From assembly GCA_964276515.1 (NCBI GenBank), contig OZ193910.1, positions 3,534,001-3,598,000 on the forward strand: a stretch of 64,000 nt of DNA. Reading direction: 5' to 3'. Shown here in pieces: positions 22,735 through 37,427 of this stretch (positions are counted from its first letter, which is position 1; each line of letters opens with the position of its first letter). The DNA is from Gordius albopunctatus (taxonomy: Eukaryota). The position numbers and the translations under genes were made by a program. The notes under the pieces were generated by a model, which did no database searches, was not told where the DNA came from, and saw only the letters and a program-made list of their open reading frames with translations.

Positions 22735-25615
22735 TATAGAAGGCGGTTAAGGAAACTAGTTGTGGAAAGAATGCGAATTACGTGCTGGAATGTGGGAACA
22801 TTGACGGGGAAGAGCATCGGGGTCGCACAGATGTTAAAAAGAAGAAAGGTACACATCGCCTGCCTACAAGAGACGAGGTGGAACGGAACGAAAGCTCGGG
22901 AATTAGGAGAAGGATACAAGCTTTTCTACAGTGGGTCACCAAATCGTAGAAACGGGGTCGGGATCGTTCTAAGCGAATCGTTCAAGGAAAAGGTGGTGGA
23001 AGTCAAACGTTGTTCCGACAGGCTAATGTGGGTGAAGATTGCGGATCAAGGGGGCTTCCTAACCGTTATGTGCGCTTATGCTCCCCAAATTGGGTGTTCG
23101 GAATCAGAGAAAGACATATTCTTCGAATCATTGGAAAAGGAAATACAAGGAATCCGACAGGAAGAAAGGCTAATTATTGGGGCCGATTTCAACGCTCACG
23201 TAGGGAAAGATCGCCTCGGGTATGAACGCAATCATGGAGGTTATGGGCATGGTCTGAAGAACAAAGAAGGGGAAAAACTTCTACAAGTATCCAAAGCATA
23301 TAACATGGCGATCGTTAATACCTATTTTCAAAGCGCGAAGATCATATTGTGACCTATAGAAGTGGGAAGCATTTTAGTCAAATCGACTATTTGCTTATAC
23401 GGCGAAAGGACTTATGGAGTATCAAGGATTGCAAAGTAATACCGGGAGAAGAAATCGCCAGGCAACATCGTCCCCTTGTTATGGATCTTGACAGAAGAGT
23501 ATTTCCCGAAAGAAGAAAGGTATATGAACCTCGAATTCGATACGAAAGGCTAAAGGATACGTCGACGAAAGAAGAATACCATCAAAAAGCCTCCTCACTC
23601 TTGGGTGCAAGGAAGTTGCAAAGGGACGTAGACGAAGATTGGGAGACGCTATCTAAGGACATTAAGGAAACAGCGATTCGTGTTCTAGGACAGACCAAAG
23701 AAGGCAAAGCTATGAATAGGGAACTATGGTGGTGGGATCAATCGGTTAAAGATTTCATCGAAATAAAGAAAAATCTATATAGACGGTGGCATAAATCAAA
23801 AAAGTCGGAGGATTATCAAGAGTACAGGAACGCAAAGAGGGCCGTAAAAAAGGCCGTTGCAAAAGCGAAGAATGCTGCGTACACCGAGATGGCAAACAAA
23901 CTGGATCACAAAGGGGGCGATAGGCTTATGTACAAATTGGCCAAGATAAGGGAGAAGAAAAGTCGAGATGTCGGAGTTCTTAAAATAGTTAAAAGCGGGA
24001 AGGGTCAAACCTTATTCAAGCCGAAGGAAGTGATGGAAAGGTGGAAAGGATATTTTAAGAAACTTATGAATATTGCAAATGACAAGGATTCCCTTCCCGA
24101 AATTGAGCCAAATATAAGCATGGTCGAACTCTTTCAGAAGGATGAAGTTAGGACACAAATGAACAAGATGCAAAAAGGAAAAGCAAATGGCCCAGATGGA
24201 ATGCCTATGGAAGCATTGCTCGGATGTCGTGAAGAAGGAGTCACCACCATGACGAACCTCCTTAACAAGATATTGGTAGAAGAGCGAATCCCTAATCAAT
24301 GGAGAGCAAGCACGATTATACCCTTATTCAAAGGCAAAGGAGACCTTCAGGTCTGCGGCAATTACAGAGGTATCAAGCTAACTTGCCACTCCTTGAAGCT
24401 TATGGAAAGAATCTTAGTAACAAGGCTGAAAAACGAGGTGGAAATATCGGCTAATCAATTCGGATTTGTGGCCGGCAAATCCACAATCGACCCAATCTTC
24501 GCCCTAAGACAAATGATGGATAAGTATGGTGAAAAGAGGAAAGACCTACATATGGTTTTTATCGACTTGGAGAAAGCTTATGACACGGTCCCCCGCGATT
24601 TAATATGGTGGTGCCTGAGGAAACAAAATATCCCTGACGCATATATAAGGCTTATGAAAAATATCTATGAAGCCTCAAACTCTTGCGTTAGGACGACAGT
24701 TGGAGACTCTAAACCTTTTCGGGTTAATATTGGATTACATCAAGGCTCTGCTTTAAGTCCCTTTTTATTTAATATAATTATAGACACGATAACGAGGGAC
24801 TTTCAAAAGCCATCGCCATGGTGTATGCTATATGCCGATGATATAGTACTATGCGAGAAAACAAGGGAGAAGGTATTCGAAGAAGCAGAAAAGTGGTCAA
24901 AGCGCTTAGCTGGATATGGTTTAAAGGTCAACGATCAAAAAACGGTATACATGGAAATGAACGGTACAAGCACCCCATCGCTGGATGACCACCTAAAGTA
25001 CCCAAAAGTAGACAGGTTTACTTACCTCGGCTCTATGCTATATCAAGAGGGAGTTTGCGCAACTGAAATCAATGCCCGGATTCAAAAAGGATGGCTTAAA
25101 TGGCGAAGTATATCCGGTGTAATGTGCGACAAGAAAATGCCAATATGGTTGAAGAGCAAAGCTTACAAATCCATCGTAAGACCGGTGTTACTCTAAGGAA
25201 GTGAAACATGGGCATTAAACACCACGGAAGGAAAGCTATTACAAGCCACGGAGATGAGAATGATACGGTGGAGCTTGGGGTATACTAAGCTCGACCATAT
25301 GACGAATGACTTTCTCATGACAAAAATGGGTATTCAACCTATGGCGGACATGATTAACGAAAATCGGCTAAGGTGGTATGGGCATATACTAAGAAGGGAC
25401 CCGGATGACGTAAATTGAAAAGTGCTAGACATGAAAATACCGGGGAAGAGAGGAAGAGGACGACCCCGTGTCACGTGGAAAAGGCAAGTCGATAAAGTTA
25501 TGAAAACTAAAGAGATTAGTCAAGACATGGCACTAACCCGGTCAAGATGGAAGAGACTCATCAAAACAAACCCCACCAATGTGGGACCAAATGACTGATA
25601 AAGAAGAAGAAGAAG
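22735..25615 (+). mobile_element. RTE-clade non-LTR retrotransposon, near full length with few lesions
   Basis: APE ORF 22762-23352 with one frameshift into RT ORF 23349-25196 (LYADD). Premature stop at 25194-25196, coding similarity continues to ~25597, then a (GAA)n tail at ~25601-25615. Related to, but diverged from, the 925-3781 copy. Confidence 0.94.
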
Positions 25616-28600
25616 TAGCTGACCCGGCAAACGTTGTTTTGCTATATGTACATTCGTTAGTTATATATTTTATAACATCTTCTAATTTCGAGTCAGGATC
25701 TTATAATTTTAAATAAAAAATGGAATGCTGGCCAGCAATTTCCAAAATATAAATTTAAAATTATTATATTGATAACAACATAATTAAACATAATTAAATA
25801 ATGTGTTAATATACTTACCTAAAACAAATCCCTGATCCGTGTATAACCCGCCATCCCTCCTCTCCACCCCACCGTCCTTTTAATTGATCTAAAATAATAT
25901 ACTATAATCTACACAATATTTCCAATATTTAAAGTTTTAACATAATTAAATCCATCTATATTGTGTTAATATACTTACCTAAACAAATCCCTGATCCGGT
26001 ACGCCATCCCTTCTCCTCAAGCCACTGTCCTATGAATGGATACGATTCTTGTATAAAATAATGTACACAATATTTCAAATATTTAAAGTGTAACTTAATT
26101 AAATCATCTATAATGTACTATACCAAAACGATAAAAACAAATCCTTGATCCGTTTATAACCCGCCATCCCGCCTCCACCCCACCGTCCTTCTAATGAATC
26201 TAAAATTATATGCAATAATCTACACATTTGAAATATTTAAAGTTTTAACATAATTAAATCATCTATATTGTATTAATAGACTTACCTAAAACAAATCCCT
26301 GATCCGTTACGCCATCCCTCCTCTTCACGCCACCGTCCTATTAATGGATACGATTATTGTATAACATAATCGACACAATATTTCAAATATTTAAAGTTAA
26401 ACTTAATTAAATCATCTATAATGTATTGATATACTTAACGAAACGATAAAAAAATCCCTGATCCGTTTTACTTCACAATTAATCTCTACGTGCTATGGAG
26501 TATACAATATTTTTGGTTAGACCGTCTTTAGCCAACACAAACAAACTGGATGGTTTACCCACGCGAGAACATGCCACATATAGTTGTCAGTGGGAAAAGC
26601 ATGGTGGGCTCAAATCTAAGCCACAAATAGACATTGTTTGGCCCTGGGCTTTATTAATTGTCATTGCGAAAGCTAATCTAATCGGAAATTGAATGCGTTT
26701 GAATTGAATGGGTACATCTGAGGGAAAAATAGGAATTCGTGGCAGCAATACATTTTCACCTCGGAACTTTCCATTCAAAATGGTGACTTCGAGAAGATTC
26801 TTCATGCATTTTTTAATGACTAATCTTGTGCTATTGCACAGCCGTGGTAGGTTTAAATTGCTAAGCAAAATTACCGGAGAGCCAACATTCAATTGTAAAA
26901 GGTGAGGAGGCATGCCTGACAAATCCAATGAATTCAAAAACTCAATCGGATAATTTACAACTTCGTTGGCATCACATACTGTATCGACATATTTGTATGA
27001 TATTAAGTCACCTGGCAACAACTGTTGTATCTTGGAATTTAAATCATTGACGTCCACATTTTTTGCTGATTGCTCTTTCTGCCAGCAAATCAAGATTGTT
27101 GTATTCTGTGTAAAGATTTGGAAATACATGGTGAATGAGAGCAGTTTGCGTCTCTACAATTGTGCAAAAATCCGATGGTAATATTTTCAGCGGATGCATC
27201 TTTAGGCATTTGAACGCGCATGTTTACTTTCAGCTGTAGTTTCAAAACATGACACCAAAGTGAGGATGACTTTAAGCAGGCTTTGATCTCATCAGCGTAC
27301 GTTGAATGCGGAATAACGGGAATTGTTTGTCGAAAATCACCTGAAAGCAGTAAAAGAGTACCGCCAAAAAGTCTGTCGTTGTTCTTTAGATCCTTCAATG
27401 TCCTGTTCAATGCCTCAAGCGAACGTTTGTGTGCCATAGTGCATTCATCCCAGATGATAACTTTACATTGTTTGGGCACTCTGGCCATGGACAATTGTTT
27501 TTTTTATGTTGCACATTGCTTCAGGGTTATTTTGAATATTAAGTGGCAGCTTAAATGCTGAATGAGCTGTTCTGCCTCCATCTAATAAAGTAGCTGAAAT
27601 GCCAGATAAAGCAACGGCCAAGGCGATGCCATTTTTTGATCGTATCTCAGCAAGAATTAGCGAAATTAGAAATGTTTTGCCAGTCCCTCCCGGTGCATCC
27701 AAAAAAAAGAAACCCCCTTGTCCTTCAGAAATTGCAAGCAAAATGCGGTCGTAAATGATTTTTTGTTCGTTAGTGAGTAGCGGGACATTGCGAGTAACGA
27801 ATGCTGCCAATTCTATAGTATTGTATTGTCGTTCACGATTCATATCAGTATTGATTAAATCAGATGCATTTCGATTTGGTGACCGCATACCGAAATGGCT
27901 GATGTTTAAATTGGCGATGACAATGCAAAGATCCTCAATAGCTATCAATGCTTCATTGTACATGCAGTCGGTGAATGGTATCGTTAGATCGTTGCTCATA
28001 TGACGATATCGATGCAATATATCATCAGTCATAGAATCTTTGTCATTATCCCACAATGTTTGTGCTCGGGCCGAAAATTAGAAGAATTTGCGCTCCTGTA
28101 CAGTTTAATGATGCTTCCTTCAGTAAGCATACTGTCCCAATGATTGTCGTCTTCTAGCAATCCTAATTCAAGGCATGCATCTCTATAGGTTGGATAATGT
28201 TGTCCATTTACTTTACGGATATCATGAAAAGACAAAGGGCCGGTGAAATTAACCAACAACAGGTGCAGATAAAAGCACTCAGTCTGTCTTGGATTGACTG
28301 TATATACACGACCTAAATTGTTTGATTTAAATAAACCGGGGCATGCATCAACTTGTGTGCCTTGCTTGTGCGGCATCCATTTTCTCGATTGCGCCCACGT
28401 AAAATAGCGCGGTACTTCTGAATAAAGTAGTGTTCGTGCGAAGGCACCAAAAGCATCGGAGGAATTACACAAAGCAAAAAAAGCTGTTAGTGTGGTGTTT
28501 GGTGGATTTATTTAACGATCAAAAGCCGTCTCGTTTGTGAAAAAAACGCGTTGGCCGTTTTCAAGATGAACAGCTAAATGGATAACTGCTGGATGACGTT

Positions 28601-31600
28601 CATGAATTGGAAACCCGAAAATTCGCCAAATAGCTTCATTGGAGCTGATGTATCGTCCAATTTGGTAGTTGGTAATTTCATCACTGTAATTCAATGGCGT
28701 AGCATTCACATTGGTATTTTCAACTCTAAATACAGCCATATCACTTCCTTTATTAATATATTTGCAAATGTATTTTATGCTTTTGACCGAATTGCAGAAC
28801 TCAACATTAATATGAGCATTGAATGTTTTACAGAGGAGAGGTGAGTATGGTACGACCCAACGATTGTCGATGTTAATGTCTGCGTTACTGATAGTTTTGC
28901 TAAATAATTGTCCGCCATCATCGGTACTTCATCGACGATATATAGGATATCCGTCCCCATGTGTGACCCTATCGTTGGTAAAATCTTTAGGAAAACGTTT
29001 TGTACACTTTCCATCTAACATGTAAGACGATGAAGGATTTAAAGCACCGCATGGGCCATGAATCATATTTTCGGTGATAATATCAAACAATAATTGATTA
29101 GTAGAAGGATTTGGTATTTCTGCGGATACTAAACTATCTATGTCTTCTGGGCGTATTTTGTCAATGAACCAAATCAAAATATGTGCATGAGGTAATCCAC
29201 GCTTTTGCCACACAATCGAATACATCCAACAACTTGCGGGGCCAAATATGTGTAATTTTGTTATAAAGTTAACGAAAGACCTTAATTTTTGTTTAAACAC
29301 ACGGGCTATTATGTCATGACGATGTATTGCATTTTGTCGTGGTAAGAGTAACGATGTAATTTCCTGCTATTTTGGGTTACATGTAAAGGTGATAAATAAA
29401 AATGGTCGTCCGTATTCGCGTACGTAAGCCATGGCATCCTGTATGTATTCTTGCATGTGACGCGGACTACCTACGTACGATGATGGTAGAATAATGGAGC
29501 TACCAATTTCGGCAGCGTCAGCGTTGGTAGCGATAGTGTCTCGCAGGTGGATGTATTCTTCAGCACGCAGCATTTTCTGGTTATAACGTAAGAAGCGTAA
29601 GCGCTCGCTCTCAATCTTCACATACATATCCACAATGAACTGCTGGTAAAGCTCTCGACAGCGTAGAATGATGTTGTTTTCACCGTTTCTAATCATCAAA
29701 CGATAGGCATAATAATCCATCGAGCTCACTTTTTTGCTTGTTTCAGCTCCTGTGATATGATACATACAAAAAAAATTAAAAATGAGTAGTCATGTTTTAT
29801 GTTGTATAAAATACCATTTCGGGGATCCCGTTGTTTAATGTTTATAAAATAACCGTCTTGCCCCTTCCAAAAAATGAGCGGAGATTGGAGAGCGTCATAG
29901 GAACGGTGGGTATCAGGAATGAACTGTAGATTATCATCTCTTTTGCGAATCACGATTTGGCGCGAAGCTGTACGGTCGCCAATCATGATTCCAGCAACAT
30001 CGTCAACAGCAGGTGCATTAAATCTACGTAAATGCTGTCCCACAGGTGTTTTATCAGGATAGATGACAATAGCGTGTTTGTCACTTATTAATTTGGGCAT
30101 GTGTGCTTTAAATAATTTTAACAATTCATTGTGCTCAGTCAACAGAACGTCCAGATCGCTGACGATGCGCCTGGCAAAAGGTGAATTAATGTGATTGTAG
30201 CCGCAACGTGCATTTACGCGATTGGCTAGTGCGCGTTCAGAGTCCTCACCACCCATAAAGTAAATTTGTAAAAATTTATAGGAATCGTTTGGCATTAGCA
30301 GCAGTGAGCCAACTTTGTGAAAAACTTGGCCTTTGTTGAATTAAATAGCTGACCGTTTCCAGCATCAGTTTTAACTATTTCTGTTGCTCCGAACGATGTC
30401 ATTTGGAAGCATGAATTAAATGTGCGAATTGACTTTAGGAATAGGCTAGAATCAGGATCCGTGCCAATTAGTAAGCCGTGCAATGGTTCAGGTGGTGCTT
30501 CAATTGCCGTTAGTTGTAATTTTCCTGATGCGCAACACATCCCTGGTGGCTCATTTTTAAATTTAAGTGCATGACAATGTGGACATTCATTGTCTATAGT
30601 ACCAATTACCACTTTGGAATGAGCGTAATATTCAACGTCAGGCTCATAATGGAATGCTAGTCGGAGGAATGAAGCTGATGTAAATGCTCGATGTACTTGT
30701 TGGAGTTGTTGGTTAATAGCTCTACGTGTGTTAAACACGAAGCGGCGCTCTTGTCTTTCGTCTAATCTTCTTTGTAGATTTAGTTTATATATAGTCTCTT
30801 GCGATTGTGATTCACGGAATAAAGCCATACTAACACGCACATCTGCATTATTTTGTAAAAGTTGTTCATCTGTTCTCTGTGCTCGTTTATTGCGCAAGAC
30901 TGCATTATGTTTTGTTCGACGATCTAAATTGGCTCCTTTGCGTTTTGCAGGCATTGATAACTGTAAATAATTAAAATAGTGGCAATTTAATGATAACACC
31001 TACACTTATTATGAAGGTTAGAGACTCCCAATTTTTGCTTATAAATGCTATTTATAATCAAAGTTAATTTTAATAATACATTGTCACTTCAAGAATTTAA
31101 ATCAGGAAGGGGCAAAACATTTGAAATAATTTAGGGAGGGGCAGAAGGCATAAATTATATGATTATAATTTATTCGTATTAATTTTTTATATTTTTTTCT
31201 CATTTAGGGGAAGGGGCGGCCGCCCCTCCCTGTCCCCCTTGGCTACACCCATGAAAAATCGAGAGCTTCAAAAAAATATAAAAATTTTGGTTTGAAAAAC
31301 TTTCTAGTATATGACAGAAGAAGCCAAAGGAATGTTAGGGTTTCTAAATGTTGGGGTATTTCAAATATGATTAGTTTTTTATTTGATGCTGTTTAAAAAT
31401 TAAAAGTGTATTAAAAGATATTTTATAAAAAAAGTTAAATGATTACTTAATAGTACACTTTTCCAGTAAATGACAGAAGAAGCCAAAGGAATGTTAGGGT
31501 TCCTAAATGTTGGGGTATTTCAAATATGATTAGTTTTTAATTTGATACTGTTTAAAAATTTAAAATGTATTAAAAGATATTTTATCAAAAAAGTTAAATG

Positions 31601-31907
31601 ATTACTCAATAGCACACTTTTCCAGTATATGAAGGTTTCACAGTTATTGTTCAAGTTGATGCTCAAATTTTGGATACCATTTGAATTGCTTACGTCATAA
31701 GAACTTTGGTGATTGACATATAGGATGACTGAAAATACATATAAATCAATATTATTGGACCGATTTATTATTTGGGAGGTTAAAAAATAGATAACAACCG
31801 ATTCTCATACCTACCGAATATGCATGCAAAGTTTTATGAGAATCGGTTAAGCCGTTAAAGAGGAGTTCAGGCACAAACACTATGACACGTGATTTTTATA
31901 TATTAGA
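25616..31907 (-). mobile_element. Helitron with fragmented Rep (HUH) / Pif1 helicase gene
   Basis: FITFTCNP and WQKRGLPHAHIL (Rep); DAPGGTGKT, IIWDECTM, SGDFRQ and FAMTINKAQGQT (Pif1); CPHC...CC zinc motif. 5' TC end at 31907 preceded by A; 3' end ...TTTGCCGGGTCAGCTA at 25616. Confidence 0.93.
25780..26470. repeat. Tandem ~155-160-bp repeats in the Helitron 3' region
   Basis: aaacaaatccctgatccg recurs near 25822, 25981, 26135, 26289 and 26451. Confidence 0.8.
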
Positions 31908-33734
31908 TAAATGCATCTAGAGAGTTTATGTTAATTATGTATATAAGATCAACGCTATTTGGCACCAATCTGAGGATGACATTGCATAATAATCGAGTGG
32001 GTTTACTTGGTTGATAAGGTTTAATTTGCCTCTTATGGCCACAATTTTGGGTATTTTGTCATTAGCTAATTTGTTCCAGAGTTTATAATAACTCGGACCT
32101 AGCAAATATGCGGGAAAATGAAGATCTTGAAAACAAAAATGTTGCCTTTATATTAGATGATTTATGTTATTGCTCTTGTAATACGAAAACCCTTCGTTCA
32201 ACGATGTGTATATTAAAAAAATGCTTCGACTACATCGGACAAAAACTGTTCCCCCTGCAGCATTTTAGAATATATAATGCCTAGGAGGGGAAAATTAGCT
32301 TCAATAAAGTTCCAAAAGTTTTCCTTATCCAACAAAATTTTTCTTTGTCTTTATCTTCAAAACTTTCAATGATTGTCATTTCTTGAAGAATAGCTTAATT
32401 CTAAATCAAGCTCTCAAACATTATAACAGCCCCACCCCATTTAGTATGGCCTGGAACCTTCAGGTTCAGCGAAACTGACTTTCCTTTGAGCAATTGTTTT
32501 TCTTTTATATTTCACTAGATGAACCCGGCAAACGTTGTTTTGCCATTGGTAAATTTTATTATTAATGCAAAATAGTTGATTATTTACCTCAATTATGTTG
32601 GAATTTTAGGACATATATGATGATAAAGCGGTTATTGAAGTAAAAATAAAAAAATTATGTTTTGCCCCTCCCTAATTGAACTTTTAATCTTAAAGGATTA
32701 TCTCCAATAGTGACTTCCTAGGCCAATGCGATGTCACAAATAGGAGTGTACTGTTATAAAATTGATTTTAATATAACTTTTCATATTTAATTATCTGTTT
32801 TTAATTGGTTTTAAACAAGATTGAAACACAACAAGCAACTCTTCAACCTTTCCATGATATGATGTTCTAGTTCACTAATTGATTTCATGGGATCCTTTAG
32901 TTGGGCAACCCTTTTTAAATGGGGACTCTACAGGAGGAAAACTCAACAACAGGAACAAACTTCTGAAACATTATGGATTTATGTTCAAGGAAATCTAATG
33001 CAATCAATAAAACGGTAAATATTTTTTATATATATGTTAGAAACTGTATAAATATATTGCATTTTTATTTTATTAGAAAATCAAAAATTAGATACCTTAT
33101 TAATTTTTAACTATTAGAACTTAAATATTATCACTTTTATATTTATATCTAGAAGTAACTTTTAAAAACATTGTTATATGCTAGGTAACTTAGTTTTTTA
33201 GAATTATATACAATTTATTTCAATTTTATAATTTATGTAAATATTAAGTTTTTGTAGTTTGATATGGATTGAAAATTTTTTGATAATATATGATCTCTCA
33301 TTGTTTCATATATATAGAGAACTTTTATTATATGCGTGGTTACATAATTACTAAACATAAGTGTGATCCAAATTTTTAATAAATATCAAATTTGGGATTA
33401 TAAATTATTATAAGTTGTATTAATTGTTTTAGAGTATATCATACTGGCTTAATCTATTCTATAGTATTTGTTTGATATTGTTAAAACACTTCATTAAACT
33501 TATTCTATATAATGTGTCTTGTTAAAAGTTGGAAAGAGACCTAGGAGCCCCTTGCTAATAAGTATTCATTAACCCCTTAGGAACTAAAATGAGTAAAAAT
33601 TCAATTCATTATCCTAACTTTTTAGGATCCTTAAGAATAATCCTACTGGGTATTAATCACACATCCTATTAATTTAAATCTAAAAAAGTTAATTGACAGG
33701 TATAAATATTTTTGAGCCTCTTTATTATGTATAA

Positions 33735-34835
33735 CTAGATTAACCCGGCAAACGTTGTTTTGCCATTTACCTGGGTGTATTAAATTATGTTGAAATTTTA
33801 GGGCATATATGATGATAAAGCGGTTATTGAAGTAAAAATAAAGTTTGATAATTTTTAAACAAATAGTTAAAGAGGGTCCAAGGCCCAGACCCACCCAAGA
33901 GAAAAAACCTGGCCCCATGCCCCCCCCCCAAGGGAAAAATCTTTGGCCCCCTGGCCCTTAAAGCAATTTTTTATTATTATTTTGTAATTAAGAAACAATA
34001 TCATAATTATTTGTTTCTGAATAAAACTTTTAATTCTGAACTTAATAATGTCCGAAGAACTGAGATATATCAACATTTATTGGCACTTTGTTAATTGTAT
34101 TTTCATTTTTCTCCATATTTAACCCGCAAAAAATGACAAAATAAGATTTTTTATTTTATTTAGCCACGCAGGAGACACGACTGTCCTATAATAATAATAA
34201 TAATGGATGTGAAAAATAAGCGAAAAAATGAATTTGATTCATGGGCGTACCCCTCCCCTCCCTAATTTTTCAAAAAAAATAATTGCTCAATACAAAAATC
34301 CTTTAAAATATGTTTTGCCCCCCCCCCCCCTAATTAGTTAGGGGAGGGCGACTACCCCCTGCGGGTCTCAGGAAAAATTTAGGAATTTAGTAGTCGAAGA
34401 CCTTTTTTTGCTCTCAGAAAAATATTTGGATAGTCGAGAATAATTTTTTTAAAAATCTGCCCCCCCCCTAATTCAAAACCTGCGTACGCCCATGCTTTGA
34501 TTTAATGTTTCAAATCGTAAAAAGTTTCCATTTTCCGAAGCACATTCCTACAGTTATCACACTAAAACACTACCTACTCGCATGCACACACACACATAGT
34601 TTCATTTAGATAGGTGGTACGTCATGAGGTTGTGTTTGATTGACCGTTTATTAAACGGCAAAACATATAAAACAAACTAACTCAAAAACTACTGGACCGA
34701 TTTGGCTCGAACATATCTCAAAACATGCTCCGGAATGTGGGGAATAAACTATGAAATTTTGAGCCAAATCGGTCCAGTAGTTCTCCAAAATTTGTGGCGG
34801 CATACATACACACATAGTTTCATTTTTATATATAA
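33735..34835 (-). mobile_element. Non-autonomous Helitron (a second 3'-end fragment at ~32516-32700)
   Basis: 3' end ...TTTGCCGGGTTAATCTAG|T shared with the autonomous copy. The 5' end (TCTTATATATAAA) is split by the Harbinger insertion and completed at 42160-42161. Contains a MITE at 34240-34494. Confidence 0.75.
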
Positions 34836-35112
34836 GGGCTTGTCTTAATATCGGATTCAGATTCGAACCGCGCGATTTTTTTTGTCCATATATCAGATTC
34901 AAGCTCATGGTTCAAACTCGAATGTTATTATTAATTTTACTCAGCCGTTTATTAAAAACAAGTAATAGAAAGAAAAAAAGCATAATTTATCAACTTCGTG
35001 ATATATTTGGGGAATATAATCATATTTTGGATGATAATGCGAGGAGTGAGCAGAACTTTTTCAAAATCATTAAAGATATACAGCATCATAAATCCAAAGT
35101 TATTGCCATACC

Positions 35113-36301
35113 TAGAGATGGGTATTTTCCCGGGAATTTTAATTGAGCGGGAATTAATGGGGAAAATAAACAATTCAATTAAAAAATAAATAAAAAAACA
35201 TGCTAATATACAAAACGAAATTCTCATTAAGTTTATTTGTCCAATAATATACAATATTTTATCACAAATTAACATCACATTAAAAATTGTCAATATCTGA
35301 ACTTTGACTATCGTCATTAAGCGAGGAAATCGATTCATCAGAGGAAGATAATGATAGCGTTTTTGGTCTTTCAAGTGCATATTGTGTCTTATCGAAACCA
35401 GCTTCGTGACCTTGTCATTCTTCATCCTATTTCGTGATTTAGAATGCACATATCCAAACGTAGACCATATTCTTTCAGTGGAAGCATTAGTGGCAGGAAT
35501 CGAAAAATCTTTACAGCAACTTCTGGCAACCACGTCAAGGGTTAAGTGTAGCTTGCACTATCCCATATAAGGCTTTCGGCAAATAACCCGTCTTTTGCGC
35601 GAAATTCTGCCAAATTGACAATAACTTTGGCTACATTTAGATCCGCGTCTTGAGAAATAATTTTAATACCCTGAAAGGCTTGGCCAATTTCTTTACTCGT
35701 CAAATGAAGTCCCCAATACCGTGGATCAAGGAAATTTGCCGCCATATGAAAATTTCCAGATATCAGATGGTTTTCTCGGCATTTTTTATGAAAGAAACTA
35801 ATATAAAAATATTTTTAATAAGTTTTAATCATCAATATTAAATATTTAGATATTTACAAATAAGTAGACAAAATTTTTACCTAAATAAAAGTTTCCAAAA
35901 TGAATACAAGGTCTAAATTAAAAATGGGAAATTTATATTAATAATACTAAACTAAATTCAAATGGTCCAAAAATCTAAATACAACTTTGATTAAATTGCT
36001 TATAAGAATTTACTTGAGTTTACTGTGTGTGTGAAGTGGAATTTAAAAATGACAACTGAAATTTCAAAGTTAGAAATTAGTTTAATTTTAAATGTTTTTA
36101 AGTGTTAAAAAATAGTTTCAAGTAAAATAACAATAGGCGGAAAAATGCAAGATATAGGTTACCACAAGGAAAATATAAAATTATATATGATTAAAATTAG
36201 CTAACAAATTAAAAATTCCTAAATTTTATGTTTTTTAGGGGAATTTATCATTGGGAAAATTCATTTTTCCCGTGGGAATATTCCCCCTAGTGCCATCTCT
36301 A
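35113..36301 (-). mobile_element. Internally deleted hAT element (C-terminal dimerisation domain)
   Basis: Ends TAGAGATGG...CCATCTCTA; AANFLDPRY and FSIPATNASTERIWSTFGYVHSKSRNRM motifs. No matching TSD. Confidence 0.8.
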
Positions 36302-36386
36302 TATGGCAACCAAAACTTCTTCAATCACAATTTTAGAAATTTTATTAACAATATATCTCTTAAATGAGAATTGCTGGGCCTTGAAT

Positions 36387-37427
36387 TAGAGCCCTGCAAA
36401 GTCACATTTTTTCAACCCGACCCGAAAGTGTTTTTAATTTTTCAACCCGAACCCGACCCGAAAGCGTTTTAAATATTTTAAATTGATTTGCCAAAATAAA
36501 TTGGAGAAAAAATTTGACGCCACGAATTTGAATAATAAATTTATTTGAGAGAATTATTATAATTATGTATAAATATAATAGCGTCTACAATTTCAGGCCG
36601 TAAACTCGACCTCCTATCTTCTAAAATTCGTCCAGCTGTAGAAAAAGATCTCTCACTGGACGCAGAGGAGGCAGCAGGTATGGCCAGAAATTTACGAGCC
36701 AATAACCCTAAAGCAGGATATTTATAAGAATATATTCTCCACCATTCTAATGTGTCGTATGTTTCATCATTTTTTGCAAGTTTATAATGAATATATTCCT
36801 CAAGTTCATCTTTTTCTTGAACATTTTCATCTGCACATTCCTCCCAACCGGAAGAATCCATGAAAGACAAGTTAGCATTATTTTCTAAAATATATTTTAA
36901 CATGAAGTTATATGTTAAATACCTAGCTGATTATTTTCCTTTGATACCTCCCTTTCAACAACTGGCTTTTCCTTTAGACTTTCGCAACTTTTATCATTCA
37001 TTAATGACCTAATCTTAAGCTCTTCAGGCTGCAGCATTTTCATCTGTTTGTATTTCGGCGTTAAAAATTTAACTATCTTGTAGTACATATCTTGATCGAA
37101 TTTTTTATTTAATATTTGCTTGCACCTTTTGGCAAGACCATGTAGTTCTGATTTAATGTCGTAATTTTTGGTGAAATCATTTAATTTGTAAAAATATAAA
37201 AGAAATTTATTTAAAGTTGGGGCCTTATCAGCCTCAAGTTCTGTAATTGCCATATTGAATGGCGTTAAGAACTTTGTCAACTCATCAAGCATATAAATGT
37301 CAATACATTTTATCTTTGAAGAGTCCCCGGTAGAGGTCAAAAGCGTTTCGACCTCTTCATAATTCTTCAACACCGAGTCTAGCATTTTAAAACGGCTATT
37401 CCACCGCGTTTTTAAATAGTTCAATTA
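36387..37427 (-). mobile_element. hAT transposase 3' half plus terminus (left arm of palindrome)
   Basis: TRWNS, LEWW...YP.L..LARKFLAIPAASSASSERSFSTAG; terminus TAGAGCCCTGCA at 36387. Confidence 0.9.

Noticed and set aside
31910..33020. Possible coding remnants (RT-like 31950-32500; exon-like 32820-33015)
   Set aside because: Too degraded to assign by eye; needs BLASTX.
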